Below are positions 1-13,481 of a stretch of 64,000 bases of DNA, in pieces. The notes beneath the pieces were generated by a model. The model was not told the DNA's origin. It searched no databases and saw only the letters and a list, made by a program, of their open reading frames with translations. Numbering within the stretch: position 1 is the stretch's first letter; every line of letters starts with the position of its first letter. The translations under genes and the position numbers were made by a program. The stretch is from the human T2T-CHM13v2.0 reference genome, Homo sapiens: assembly GCF_009914755.1 (NCBI RefSeq), contig NC_060928.1. One strand, 5' to 3'.

Positions 1-213
1 TCTCATATGCAAAATATGGTTATAAAAGTGTTCAAGTATATTATATTAAATAAACTCATCTTTTTATTATCAATCGAAAAATGCTTCTCCCCAAATTGAT
101 ATCAACTTCAAGTTCAGCCACATCAACCATAGTATCCTCCCATCTCCCACTTTTGTTTCTAAAGCCATAAGCCAACAGAATTTCTCCATGAGAGTACAAG
201 GCTAACGAATGTT

Positions 214-650
214 GTGGCAGATATTGGTAGAAATCTCCAAATATCTGTCTTCATTTCTTCTTCTTCAGGAATAGAATCCAAAGTTCTAGCTAGGTATATG
301 ACAGCCCTAAGTAAAGACCATATTTCTCAGCTTCCCTTAGAGTAAAGTGCTTTTGGTCCCTGATGGTTCAACTTATATTTTTCAATTTTATAATAGGTTT
401 GTTGGGAAGTAACCCCACCTTCAGTCCAGTAGTGTCGGTATGGCCATGGGATATGTACTGCTCAATGGTATTTAACCAAAAGTGTCATGGTGGGACTTGT
501 ATAAGGATCCCTAAAAGGAAGGGGGACACTGTTATTGACTCTTCTTCATGGCTGCTGGATGGGACACCCACAATAATGGGTGCTATTTATTACAAAATAA
601 AAATAGTCCAGTCTCTGATGAAGGTGAAGTGCATGTTTTATAAGCTTGAG
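214..650 (+). mobile_element. Old ERVL-MaLR LTR (MLT1I/J-like), interrupted by a MITE
   Basis: Starts TGTGGCAGATATTGG. Contains ATTTCTCAGCTTCCCTT and TGGCCATGGGATATG..CAATG, matching the MLT1I/J motif TTTCCCAGCCTCCCTTGCAGCTAGG..TGGCCATGTGACT..CCAATG. Right end approximate. Confidence 0.45.
349..440 (+). mobile_element. Short Tigger-derived MITE (MER47C-like, ~90 bp)
   Basis: TGGTCCC..GATGGTTCAACTTA..TTTTTCAATTTTATAATAGGTTTGTTGGGAAGTAACCCCA..AGTC..AGTAGTGTCGG-TA follows the MER47C layout with CpG decay and ends in TA. Confidence 0.5.
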
Positions 651-664
651 TCCTAGATGTTTTA

Positions 665-790
665 TGGTTTATATTGCTATTGAAAATGAAGTCTTCTTCT
701 TCCCTCTACTATATTACAATGAGTTGTATTCAGTATTGCTGTTGCTTTGTATAAGTTGATTCTGTATCCAGCAACCTTATAAAACAGTAA
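665..790 (-). mobile_element. Ancient L1M ORF2 fragment
   Basis: ATTGCTATTGAAAATG..TTGTATAAGTTGATTCTGTATCCAGCAACCTT resembles antisense L1 RT-region sequence. Confidence 0.4.
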
Positions 791-2109
791 TTCTCAAAGT
801 TTATATGTAGATAATTCAATTCTGTGTTTAAAGCGTTCAGGAAACATAACTAAGTTATGTTATTTACTGAGCAACAACCAGACCAAAAGACTATGCTAGG
901 TAGAGAAGGGGGAAAAATCAAAAGATGGATAAATAAATAAGGTATACCCTCAGTCAGTAAAAAAAAATTAATGTACTTCAATGTACTATAAGATATTGAG
1001 TTTCTCTGTTTTTTATGAATGAGGATAAGAATAAGAAGGATCAATCATATTTTAGAATAATTGTTAAATTTTATTTTTATTCCCCAGGGCTTTTAATAAA
1101 CTGACAAACTTAATTGTTGGAATTCATTTAGGTCAATGTAGTAACTTATTTACAAGAAATAAACCCATTTTAGAAAATTTATTCACAATGTATAGATGCT
1201 CAAACACCCTAGAATGGTCTTGGAATAGGAATGAATACTGCCTCTTTAGAAGCCAGCTCAGTCAAATTCTTCATTCATATTGGATGACACAGCTCCTCTG
1301 AAATTATTCACACAGGAGCTTCAAAATAGCATAAATTATTTTAAGTGGATGATATCACATTTTATGTTACCTTTTACCTTAAATGAATGGCTAGTGGGCC
1401 TGTTAGTGACAGATGGGATTGGAATACATTAATTACAAAGAATAATAGGATCTCCAAGTTTAAAAATGAGTAATAAATAGGAAAAACAGATTATAAATAG
1501 ATATTAAGTTTTAAGAAGAGAACTTACAACGTGTCAGATTTCATGAGAAACTTTAGCAGTTCAGAGCTAGCCTTTTTAGAGTAAGTGATTCATTTTCCCC
1601 TTCAGTGCATTCAGTTTATTATATCAAAATACTGATAATACTGTATATTTTTTCTATATTTGATAGATGTTGTAGAGAAGAGGGAGGGTATCCTTTACCC
1701 TGTGTCTGAGACCAATTATAAAGTGACATACAGTTTTCTACCCCATTAGGAAAATAGTCATGGTGATTGTAGAAAACATGTGATGAGAAAATAGTTATCA
1801 CTGATATTAAGCAGTTGTCTCAGAATTAACCTTAGCGATATTTCTGAGCTGCAAGGGAACCACTTTGAACCCCATTTAGCATCAGGGCTCTTTGTAATGT
1901 GATATCATCTGTTGTTATTTTAATTCATATAAATATTTCTTATAATAAAAACTATGGTTCAGATTAGTATATAGGTCAAGAGTCAAAAATCACCCAGAGA
2001 TTTCTGATGGGAATTGGAATAATCCAATGGCAAATAGTCGTATGATAAGGTCAACAACTTTGCTAGTAATGGGGGAGCTCTATTTCATATCCATCTGATT
2101 GACAAACTT

Positions 2110-2730
2110 AAGAATAAAGTTTGACAATAATATGTTTGCAATAAGATCTTGCATGCATAGCGAAGTGGTACAGCCATTTTGATAAAAAGCTAAGTTATAG
2201 CTAATAAACTTGAATTTATGCATGCTTCAATCCAGGAAGTCCAGCCCTAAGTTTGCACTCTCACACATGTGTTTGAAAAGAATTATAAATAAATGCTTAT
2301 TGACACATTGTTTTAACAGTGAAGAAAAATTGCAAATAACCTAAATATTTATCAGCAAGAGAATGGAAAAATAAGATGTGATATACTCATACAACAATAC
2401 ACTATACTACTGATTAAATAAGCTAGATCTATGTGCATCAACATGGAAAAATATTTTTAAACTCATTGTAATAAATAGGCAAGACATAGTACAATTCATA
2501 TAAACTTTAAAACATTGGATAATAACACCCTTGTTTATTGTATACTTAAAGAATTAAGACATTTTTGAAAATGAAAGCCACCAGTTCCAGAAATGGAAGA
2601 ATAGCAATGTGATCTAGGTAGGCAGGGACTTTCAACTGTATCTATAGTATTAAATACCTAAGTAGAAAATGACTACATGCTTGTTATATTATTCTCTGTA
2701 CTTTTTCATGTCTGATACATGTAACAATAA
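2110..2730 (+). mobile_element. L1ME-type 3' end
   Basis: GTGGTACAGCCATTTTG..AAATAACCTAAATATTTATCAGCAAGAGAATGG..CTAGATCTATGTGCATCAACATGG are degenerate L1M ORF2 C-terminal/3'UTR motifs. Confidence 0.6.
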
Positions 2731-3074
2731 TAATCCATATTATTTTTCATATCCCAACATAGCAATAAATAGTATTCACAACAGAACCCTGTACTCTATT
2801 TATACCTGAGCTTTTAAGTGATGACATCACCTGAGAGATTAAAAACTCTCAAGAGGAAAGAAAAAGATTCACCCATGAACGTATCTACCTGTTCATGCTT
2901 GTCTCTAGTATACACCCAGAAACACAATTTAGAGCAACTCATGAACACCACAAATTCCCTGAAGTTCAGCATTGCTCCTGTCATCAAATCATAGGATTAT
3001 AGAAATAGATTCTCTCATACTCTCTTTATTTCCCTCCCCAGCTTATTTATTTCCTTTTTAGATTTTTTAAATGT

Positions 3075-4062
3075 TTTTTATTTTTTCTTTCTCTCTTTTT
3101 TATTAATACATAATTGTACATATTTATGGGGTTCCATGTGACATTTAGATACAAGCACACAATGTGAAATGATCACATTTTAGTATTAAGGATATCCAAC
3201 ACTTCAAACATTTATCATTTCTTTTTGCTGGAAACACAATCTTCTCTTCTAGCTATTTTGAAATGCACAACAAATTATTCTTAACTGTAGTCACTCCACT
3301 GTGCTATTGAACACTAGAACTTATTCCTTCTATCTAACTGTATGTTTCTACCCATTAACCAATCTTTCTTCATCCTCCCTCCCCGCTCATCCCTTCCCAG
3401 CCCCTGGTAACCATCATTCTACTCTCTACTTCCATGACAGCAACTTTTTTAGCTCTCACATATGAGTGAGAACATATGGTATTTGTCTTTCTGTGCCTGG
3501 TTTATTTCACTTAATGTAATGATCTCCAGTTCCATCCATGTTGCTGCAAATGACAGGATTTCATTTATTTTTATAACCAAATAGTACTCCATTGTGTATA
3601 TATACCATGTGTTCTTTATCCATTCATCTATCACTGAACATTTAAGTTGATTCCATAACTTGGTTATTGTGAACAGAACTGCAATGAACATGAGGGTGCA
3701 GCTATCCCTTTGATATATTGATTTTATTTCCTTTGAAAAAACACCCAATAATGGGATTGCTGCATTGTATAGTTGTTCTATTTTTAGTTTTTTGAGAAAC
3801 CTCCATAGTTTTTTGCATAATGGCTACACTAACTTACATTTTCACCTGGTACATGAGTTCCCTTTTCCCTGCCCCCTTGCCAACATTTGTTACTTTTTTG
3901 TCTTTTTGATTATAGCCATTCTCACTGGGGTGAGATGATATCTCATTGTGGATTTAATTTACATTTCTCTGATGATTATTAATGCTGAGCATTTTTTAAT
4001 ATACCTGTTGGCCATTCGTATGTATTATTTGAGAAATGTCTATTCAGATGGCTCACTTGTTT
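3075..4062 (-). mobile_element. L1MA (L1MA5/6-like) 5'-truncated 3' end
   Basis: T-rich tail, then ATAATTGTACATATTTATGGGG..CTAGCTATTTTGAAAT..GAACACTAGAACTTATTCCTTCTATCTAACTG. ORF 3449-3748 translates as the L1 ORF2 C-terminus (MFIAVLFTITKLWNQLKC..TMEYY). Confidence 0.85.
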
Positions 4063-4399
4063 TCATGTCTGCTTCCAGTGCTTTGAAAGGAAGGAGTGGC
4101 TATTCCTTATTCATTTTTGAATCTCTCTTTTCTCCGCATTCCAAGGCTTATTGTGTTAAGTGTGCTTTTTATTTCAAAGTTCATGAGTGATAAACAATGA
4201 AACAGTGCTCCACCATCTAATGCAGATGCCAAAAGCCTACTAGTCTAGAGCCAAGTATTCCTGAAATAATATGTGGTTTCTACATCTAAGAATACATAGG
4301 CAAATAGACCCAAAATATTTGTTCATAGAGAAACCTCTAGTAGTGTGCATTCTCTTCATTCTAAAATTTAATGTAGAAAGTGTGGTCTATGGTCAACTG

Positions 4400-4590
4400 A
4401 CCTTGTTTTAAAACTTGATGTTATTATTAATGAGATGTATGGTCTCTGGAAAGCTTTTAACAACCTCCCTCCTATTCCTCACTTCTTCATTTTGAAAAGA
4501 AGAGTAGTATTTGTGGGATTCTTATGAGAATCAAGTGAAATCAAATATGGAAATGTTAATAAAATGTACATTAAAATGTTGTATGTCATA
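4400..4590 (+). mobile_element. MIR fragment
   Basis: CTCACTTCTTCATTTTGAAAAG..GGGATTCTTATGAGAATCAAGTGAAAT resembles the MIR core. Confidence 0.45.
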
Positions 4591-5559
4591 TTATGTAACT
4601 GTAATGATCATGTTCAAATCTGATGATATATTAAAGTTCAATTACTAAACGTAATTCTATAAGGAATTGGCTGAGTTAATATGAGATAGTCGCATAAGCC
4701 TTTCAGAGTTTTGCTACATCAGATGTGAGAGTCTGACACTGCTTGCAGAAATTAGATACTAAAGTAACTAGCCTGATCTAGGTACTCCACAAGTGTATGT
4801 TAAATATAAAGCACTAAAATAAAATAATTGTGTTATTATTTTGTATTCTTCTAACCTGCTTCTATTTGTTGTCTTGTAATTCTCTTAAGCAACCACAACT
4901 AAACTTATTTATTACATTTGGGCCATTGTAGAATCTTTTGGACTCAGTGTTGTTCACATTTGGCTTGTGTTATTCCCTTCAATCCCTTTTCAGTCACTGT
5001 TCTTTGGTAATAGTCCTTTTAAAAATGTCAACATTCATGTTGTAAACTTCCCACAACCCTATTCCTCAAACTCTTCAATCCCGTGTGTCATCTCCATTTT
5101 ATTCTAAACACACACCAACATATGTGGAATTACCTTATTTCCAAATTCAAAAGCTATCTAAATCTCCTCCTCTCTGATTCAACTCACAGACTACGTTGTT
5201 TATTTCTTTACTTCCTGATCCTACTGAATCTACTTCTCATCAACAATGAGACTGGATTTTTTTCAGTTCTTTCAGATTACCACATCTACCCAAGAATTAC
5301 TTGTCTTCCTTCCTAAACCTAGATCTCACATTCAGCCATTTTAGTATTGAACTCATCAGAAGTTTAGAATGTTTTATATTCTTAAATTTCTGCCATTTCA
5401 ACTTTACACTACCCAACACTGATTAAACCCATTATGTTATTTAACCACCTCTATCCTCAAACCACAATATATATTTAAACCATGCTTTAAAAGAGTCCCT
5501 ATTCTAAAGAAACTTCAACTGGTTACCTTCTTCAGCTGCATCATCCCATCTTTTTTCTT

Positions 5560-6830
5560 TAGATAATAAATATTTCCCAACCGCTTCCAGACTGACTTCT
5601 TATTTCAACATTCTTAAACCAGCTCCTTTAAGGTGTTTAAGGACCTTCTTATCACCCAAACTGCCTTTCCTTTGTATATTATCATAAGTTGGCACTTTCT
5701 GAATAATTCTTTGCCCTCTTCTACTTTGATGTCTCTATTCTGCATTCTCCTGCTTCCTTCTCCCTGTTCCATGAAGGCAGTTTTTGTACCTATATTCCTT
5801 ATCCTCTTCTGCAATCACTCCGGTTTGTTAATCTCATCTATAATCATAGCTTCATAACTGTCTCTCTACAAATGGTTCCCAAATATATATCCCTGGCTTA
5901 GCCTCTCTTGAATTTCCCAATTTCTAATGCCTATCTTTTCTAGGGGCTTTACCGGTAATGAAAATGAGCATACATAAACTCAGATCCTGAATCCCTCCGA
6001 AAACCTTCTTTCTATTTTCAGTTAGTGGCATCACCAGCCTGCTATCCAGAAAAGCTCAGAACCTCATGCTGATCTTTGATTTCTGCACACTTCTATCTCT
6101 CACTCCACAGTTCTGTGAATTAGAACTCTCCAGTATCTGTGTGATCATCACCCTCCTTTTGGGCTTCAGTGCCCCCCCTTTCATCTATTATCTTGCTCTC
6201 ATAATGTGTTAACTCCTCTCCCAGCCCCTCTTGTGGCTTCTCTCCAATTGAATCTAACAGACTGTTGTCAAAGAGAACTTTTGATCAAAGCATCGCTCTA
6301 ATTAGCTTAGATCTCAAATCATCAGTTGTCTACGTATCACACTTTAAAAAATAGTATTAAGTGCTCTGTAAATGCCAGACGTTACCACCTTTGATGTAAC
6401 CATTGCACTAGGCGTTCACAATAAATTCCCCTCCTAAATGTCCCAAACTTCCTCCATCCTTTCTCCAACCCAACTTTTGCTCATGATTCTTACAAAAGAA
6501 ATTTTATTTTACCTCATAGCTATTTACATTTCTAAATGTAAATAAATACCATCTACATTTCAAAGTCATCTTTTCCATGAAGACTGCACTGATTTCACCA
6601 GCCAAATGTATTTCTTACTGCTGGGCTTCCTTAATACTTTAGGAACATCTCTCCTCTAGCACAAATCACATCTTCCATTGCTTTGTTTCCTTGACTAGAT
6701 TCTGAGCACTTTTAGGATACAACCAAGTTAAGTGTTCAAATTTTTATCCCCATTCTAAGCACCTACAAGTGACATTGCTTTGCCCAATTATATAGAAACT
6801 TAATCAATATTTATCAAATGGAATTGTTAC
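5560..6830 (+). mobile_element. L2 fragment(s) including 3' end
   Basis: ATCTCATCTATAATCATAGCTTC..CCCAAATATATATC..TCAGTTAGTGGCATCACCA..ACTAGATTCTGAGCACTTT..AATATTTATCAAATG are typical L2 motifs. Left boundary uncertain. Confidence 0.55.
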
Positions 6831-6978
6831 TGAACTAATTCAGTTCACCTGGGGCTTGCCACATGATCCTTTCCTTTATTGCTTCATTTATCAGAAGTGG
6901 CTTATGATTTTCTCTAACTTCTCATTGAAATAATATAGGCATACTGCTCTAAAACTATACTAGATGGGAATTGATATA

Positions 6979-7705
6979 TAACTAATTCTCATTATTCATG
7001 GTAGTTATGCCGTATAAAGGTGCCACAACCACTGAATTAGCAAATACTGAACTATTGCTCTTAGAAAAAATGCAGGGTGAGTATCTGCCTCTCTCCTCTT
7101 GTGAGAATCTGCAGGGTGAATATCTCCATCTCTCTTCTTGTGAGTATCTCTCTTCCTGTGAGTATCTGGTCACAACATTTTCATCAACAGACCAATACAT
7201 TTTCTTGTTTTATATGTGGTTCTACTTAAAGATGCCTGACTTAATATCTATTGTTGATTCATTAACATAGAACTCCTGGCCAACAGCACTATAACTCATG
7301 CCTGAAGGAAGCTTATCTAGAACACATATTTTCTCCATGAGGCACACCACAGCTTTCTGGTGCTTAAGAACACCAGAAACCACTTTAGCACTATGCTAGG
7401 GAGACATTTTAAAAATCAAAATTACGAATGATAATGCAAAAATGTGAAAAACATAGCACTAAATATACATTACTGCAAATGTACATCTGTTTACAGTATG
7501 AGCTGAAACAAGAAAGCAAAGCATCATCTCCATCAACTTCAGCTGGAAATGTGTGTGCCAGGCTACTCACATTTCTCTCTGCTCTGCACATGTCAGTGAC
7601 TGACCACAAAAGCACTGTGAATTTTTATTTTGGGGTTACAAATAGACTTTAGCAAGTAGGCAAATTAGTAAATATGGAATCAACAAATAATGAGTATCAA
7701 CTGTA
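6979..7705 (+). mobile_element. MER82 (TcMar-Tigger) DNA transposon, near full length
   Basis: ATTCTCATTATTCATGGTAGTTATG..ACTGAATTAGCAAATACTGAAC..GGCCAACAGCACTATAACTCATGCCTGAA..AATAATGAGTATCAACTG-TA. Inverted termini with TA flanks. Confidence 0.8.
7071..7166. repeat. Tandem duplication, 39-bp unit x2 plus an 18-bp partial unit, inside MER82
   Basis: TGCAGGGTGAGTATCTGCCTCTCTCCTCTTGTGAGAATC / TGCAGGGTGAATATCTCCATCTCTCTTCTTGTGAGTATC / TCTCTTCCTGTGAGTATC. Confidence 0.85.
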
Positions 7706-7713
7706 TGTGCCTC

Positions 7714-8192
7714 TGTGGCACGTTGCTACAGTAATGGTTCCCCAAAATGTCCTGCTTGCCTGTATTCCTATCCTTGTGTAATCCCCTCCCACATAGATAC
7801 TGACTTTGGCCATGTGACTTGCTTTGGTCAATAAGCCTTTAGTAAATATGAAGCAATCAGGGGTTTGAAATGCATCTCTGCATTAGGCCTTGAAGTCTTG
7901 GAATGCTGCCACCATGTGAAGAAGCCAGGAATATAGGGTTAAAGAGGCACAGTCCAGCAGACAGCTAGCATTCACAAGACATGTGAGTGAAGCCATCTTA
8001 GACCACCTAGCCATAGCCAAGGCACAAGTTGACTGCATCCACATAAGTGATTCTAAGCCACTCAACTAGAAAACTACTGAGCTCAGAGCATCCCAAATTG
8101 CTGAGCCACAGATTGTGAACAAACAAAACAGTTGTCTTAAGCCACTACACATTGGAGTAATTTGTTACAAAGTAATAAATACTTTATATACA
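7714..8192 (+). mobile_element. MaLR solo LTR (MLT1G/H-like)
   Basis: TG..CA ends, GGCCATGTGACTTGCTTTGGTCAAT, ACATGTGAGTGAAGCCATCTTAGA, and terminal TTAAGCCACTA..GTAATTTGTTAC. Confidence 0.75.
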
Positions 8193-9687
8193 ACCTCCAT
8201 ATTCCTCATCTATAATTTTATCTCTTTAAAAAAAATCTGTACTTCAAAGAACTCTGCAGTTTCTTTGCAAGCAAACATTCTTCTTATCTAAAAAATTCAT
8301 TTCTCTCTTAGGTTTTGTATTATAATTGTTTCTTCTAGATTTTTAGTAGCATGAGTACTTAAGAAAAATATTAAATGACACCTTGCCATCTAAGCTCCTT
8401 TTAAGCATTGTAGTACCCCAGGTTCTTCATAGTCCAGCAAAGGAGGAGCAATATCCCTAAGGCAATAATACCACCTACCGGGAACATTTCTGTAGCAAAG
8501 ATAACACATTTTTTCTATTATCTTGAATGTTTTTTCTTCTTTTTTCATGAGAAACAGTGCCCCAAACCTCTCTGACTTGTAAAAAAGTTTTTTAATGTAT
8601 TTTTTACCAATCTACTTAGATGTGAGTCATTAGAATCGAAAGTATATTATTTTACTAAAAGATATCCAGTGGCATCTACACTAGTATTTTTCATTTGTTA
8701 TGGGAGTGTGTATGTGCAATGAAAGATGTGGCAGTAAAAGACCTAATATTTCTTTCTCAGAAATGGAAAATAGAACCTAGGTAGGTAAGAGATATAGTAA
8801 AATAAAATATATACATAAATGTAATGCAGCCATAGAAATGAACTGACATTTTAAGGTCTTAATGCAATATTTAGTAAATTTTTCTTTATTTGGGCTTTTT
8901 AAATTCTTTTATAGTAAGCCTGACAATTATAAATCATTACAAGATTGTTGTACTTTTGTGCTTATTTTGTATAAAGAAAGTGTTATTAAGATAATTAAGA
9001 AAATGTTAAGGATATGGCTTTTGGAACATTCAAGAAGAGGCATGTAGGCTTTGGAAATCAGGGCTGTTTATGAGAATATTCCCATGGTCTGAGATGCTGG
9101 GGTTCTAGACCCACAAGATGATGATTTTCCTGTTTAAAAATATATGTTCCATATGTTTAGACTATGACATTAGAAAATAAGTCCTTGCAGAGAAATGAAG
9201 AAGATAAAAATTCTAGACAAGAAAAAATTGAGAAATCTGTCTTCAGTTGAAGACTCTCTCTTCCACTAAAGCTAGAAGTAACATCTCAACCATGAGAAGT
9301 TTCTTATAAATCTCTCCTTTCCAATCACTACCCTCTACTTTTGAGTGGAAAATATGACTTATTTTTTATTTTCCATACAATTGCTCCACAAATAAGTTAT
9401 TATTGTATAAATCTCTGAAACTCAGTACTACTGACAGCTGAATTATTGTGGCAAGAGTTTAAAGACTTTATGAACTGAAAACATTGAACTTTACCTGAGC
9501 TCTGTGCTCCCAGAAAATAGAAAAGAATGAAAAGCCCTCTCACCACTATTTTGTTTCTCAAGCTCCCTCTCAAGCTGTGTGTTCCAACTGCAAAGAACCC
9601 TTCCACATTTGACTCAAATAAGACTCAAATGTCCATTCTTCCTCATGACTCTCAAAAGGCTACAGGTGACTCCTATGTTTACCTGCT

Positions 9688-10150
9688 TATTAAAATATAT
9701 ATATATATAAAATCTGGCATTTTTTAAAACAGTAAAGAAGACTTTATTCACGACTATTGCAGTAGGGGTTAACTTCACTGCAATAGAGGAGAGAGATGAG
9801 GCTCAAGCCCAAGTACAGGAAAAAGTGAGGATTTGCAACCAAAGAGCAGAGTGAGGAGGTTAATGAATGTAAAATATTTAAAAGGAGAAATCACAGGTAG
9901 AAGGATTCTTGCTAAACTGGCCTAACATGATTCTCCCTTTAAAACAGGTCAAGAACTTATACATCAAAGGTAAGGATGAAGAATTTGATCAGATAGCAAG
10001 GGTGGAGGGTACTCTTGCTAAACTGACTTAGTGGGGTTCTTGTTAAAGTGGAATCTGCCAGGACAGATATGGAAGGCCAAAGCCAAAGCCATTTAAAAGA
10101 CAGCTCAGAGGAGGCTAACTAAAGTTTGGTTAAAAAGAGAGTCTTTGCCA
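9688..10150 (-). mobile_element. ERV1 solo LTR (MER31/MER67 family)
   Basis: Minus strand starts TGGCAAAGACTCTCTTTTTAACCAAACTTTAGTTAGCCTCCTCTGAGC, has repeated CAGTTTAGCAAGA motifs and ends with GAATAAAGTCTTCTTTACTGTTTT. Confidence 0.7.
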
Positions 10151-10234
10151 ATATATAAGCCCCCATGTCCCCTTCCTTTTCTTTGAGACATTTCTCTTTA
10201 ATAAATGTTCTTCCTCTTGTAATGACCTAACTAA

Positions 10235-10595
<361 letters not shown>

Positions 10596-10619
10596 TGAGG
10601 TATTAGTGTTGTCCTGGAG

Positions 10620-10797
10620 CAGAGGTGCTCAGATGGAACCATAGAGAGGTTTCAGGAGTCCATGCCGCGGAATTATAGACAGAACTTTGTGAGGATATGC
10701 ATTTGGTGGAGGGGGCAGGGAGTGTAAAGATTTCATTTATAACATTCATCAGATTTTCCCATAAATTTGTGCACCTATAAAAATTTAAGAAGCACTG
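10620..10797 (+). mobile_element. hAT-Charlie MITE (Charlie4z-like)
   Basis: CAGAGGTGCTCA..CCATAGAGAGGTTTCAGGAGTCCATG..TTCATCAGATTTTC..TTAAGAAGCACTG with CAG/CTG termini. Confidence 0.55.
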
Positions 10798-11431
10798 TTA
10801 GATGTTTTTCATGTTTTGAGGGTGGGGTGGAATTAATTTTGTGTGATTTATTAACTAAGAATGGAAGAGCTGTTTTCTCCTATTTTTCTTGGCAAGGTTC
10901 AAATTCACAGATATCTCTTTTTTTATTGAGACGAGATTGCAGAATGGCTAGGAAGGTAAGTAAATTGTGGAAATTCCAGCTAGCTATCTCAATCACAGAA
11001 CTGATCATTCTATGCTTATTCTAGGAGGTTGAATAATCTCAATAAAACACAGTATAAGTGAAGTGAAGGCAAAAGTGCCTCTCTTTGAGATGGTAGAAAA
11101 TAGAATATAACTCCATTTATATGGCTATCATTGCCTTTTTAAATTCTGATTAGATCTGTTAATCACCATGAAATATTTCAGCACAAATTAATAGTTCATG
11201 CCAACTTTGTTTTACCCTTCCACAGAAATTTCTTCCAGTAAATGCATGCGTAGTGGATGAGGAATATGCAACCATGAATATTGATCATCCAAAAATATCA
11301 AGCATTTTATTTTCTTTAAATAGGGTTAAATCTAACTTCAACCCCCCACCAGTGTACTGGCTGTGAATTCCACTTTATCATGACCAGATCTACTCCCACT
11401 ATCCAGGGATGTACAACAATGCAAGGATTAT

Positions 11432-11825
11432 ATCCATTCATTCATCAACTATTTATTAAACCCTTGCTATTAAACATAGTTCTAGGTATTGTGAATACAG
11501 TGAGTAGCAAAGCCAGAAAAATCTCTGTTCTCAAGAACTTATATTTCTGAGTGGGGAAATAGGTCATCAACAATAAGTGAAATAGATGTGATACTGTCAA
11601 ATTGAAATGAACACTGTGGAGACAAATTAATTAGTAAATATGAAGTGCTGGATTAGTAAATATGAAATGCAAGATGGTGAGGGCTATAATTTAAAATAAG
11701 GTATCAAGGAATGCCTATGAATGAAACATTTGAAAACCTAGTTTTAGCTACCCATGACAATACCAGACGAAAGAATATTACAGGTAAAGGAGGAGCAAAT
11801 GCAAAGTTCTGGGGTGGGCACTAGG
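11432..11825 (-). mobile_element. L2a 3' end
   Basis: CATTCATTCATCAACTATTTATTAAAC..GTTCTAGGTATTGTGAATACAG..CTCTGTTCTCAAGAACTTATATT. Confidence 0.7.
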
Positions 11826-12785
11826 AACATCGCCAAGAAGCAGAACACAGCTCCCTACTACTAAAAGGATTGTGAAAAGAGCATCCTCTCCTCTCAAGAA
11901 ATCATCCCTGTTTTATTCTTACTTCAGAGTCCTGCTCCCTTTTCTTTCCACCTAGTTTATACCTAGCCAAATCTCTTCAATAAAATCCTTTTTTTATATA
12001 AAACACAGAAAGAGGGATTATCACCAAGAAATCTTCATCCAAGTATCCCTTGAGGACTACCTTTCTTCTTAGAACAGAGATAGGGCAAAAGAAAACCTAT
12101 AAATATCTCAATAAATAAGCTCACCACATTTTTTTCTGAGTGCCAGCAGTTGTACTACATAGATGTGAGCTAAATAAAATTTGGTGAAAATTGTAGCTGT
12201 AAGCAATGTTTATACCTCTTCAAATGTCCTTAATATTATTTCAGTGGTTCTGTTCAATACTAATAGCTAAAACATGTAACTAGGAGGGAAAGGAGCAGAG
12301 ACAATGGAAACAATAAAGTGATATGGAGTGAATAATAACCACTGTTGTCATAAAAATATTGAGGCATTGCTCCCATATTTATTTCAGTTCACTTTATTTT
12401 GAAATTGAAATAAATATGAGAGAAAGGAGAGACTATGCAAGTGAATGCAGCATTGCAGTGTTTATTATTCAACATCAAGTGCCTGAGAGGAATGCCGCAG
12501 GTGCCTTTTCCCTTCTCTGCTCCTCTCTGTAATTTCTCGATCCAGTTAAATCTGGCTCTGCAGCTTCACTCATTATGTGTCATTTAGGGAAGGCAAAGTT
12601 GCTGCAATATTCATTCATTTTTTCATGCAAAATTGTATTGCTTCCCCAAACAAATAGATAATAAATAACTCATATGTGTAAAATCCTAAGCTGGTAAGGA
12701 TACCAATAACATTGAAAGCAATTGCTTACATTTATTAAATGTTTATTCTGTTTCATATAGTTAACCATGTTCTATACAGTTTACA

Positions 12786-13079
12786 TGTCTCTTAAGTGTG
12801 GGCTTCAAGAAACAGACTCTAAGATGGAGATTTGCATGCAGGAAGTTTATTGAGGTGCTATCAGAAACACCTGTGACAGAGTGAAGGAGGAAGAATTAGA
12901 TAGAGAATCTGAACTGCGGTGAAGTTATAACCAAGGAATTAGCTGATCCTACATAGAGCACTAGAGCTGAGATGGCCCTGAGTTTAGATTCATCTTAAGT
13001 CAAACCAACAGAGTAGGACTTTTGTACACCCATGTAGACCAATGGTACACCCATGGAGACCAATAGTTACATGAGGGGC
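12786..13079 (-). mobile_element. LTR16C (ERVL) LTR copy 1, partial
   Basis: AAACAGACTCTAAGATGGAGATTTGCATGCAGGAAGTTTATTG..ACACCTGT..TGAACTGCGGTG..AGAGCTGAGATGGCCCT matches antisense LTR16C. Confidence 0.7.
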
Positions 13080-13481
13080 TGTCTTAGTTTGGTAGGGCTG
13101 CCATAACAAAGCGATAGACTAGGTGTCTTAAATAACCACAGTGTAGCTTCACACAGTTCTGGAGGCTAGAATCTCAACATTAAGGTGTCAGCAGGTTTGG
13201 TTTCTCCTGAGGACACTCTCTTTGCCTTGCAGATGGCTGCCTTCTTGTTGTTTCTTCACGTAGTCATCCTTCTGTTCACATGCATCCCTGGAATCTTTCC
13301 CTATGTCCTAATCTCCTTCTCTTCTAAGGATACCTGATTGGATTAGCACCCATCTAATAGCCTCATTTTAACGTAATTATCTCTTTAAAGGCCCTAGCTT
13401 CAAATACAGTCACATACTGAAGTACTGAGGGTTAGGTGTACAACACGTGAATTTGGAAGGAACACAGTTTAGTCCATAACA
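13080..13481 (-). mobile_element. MLT1B (MaLR) LTR
   Basis: TGTCTTAGTTTG..GGGCTGCCATAACAAA..CAGTTCTGGAGGCTAGAA..CAAATACAGTCACAT..CCATAACA. Confidence 0.85.

Noticed and set aside
11630-11670. Short two-copy tandem duplications (also 13025-13066, 14645-14688, 42952-42980, 44883-44948)
   Set aside because: These are ordinary slippage products with no spacer-repeat array structure, so not CRISPR-like.
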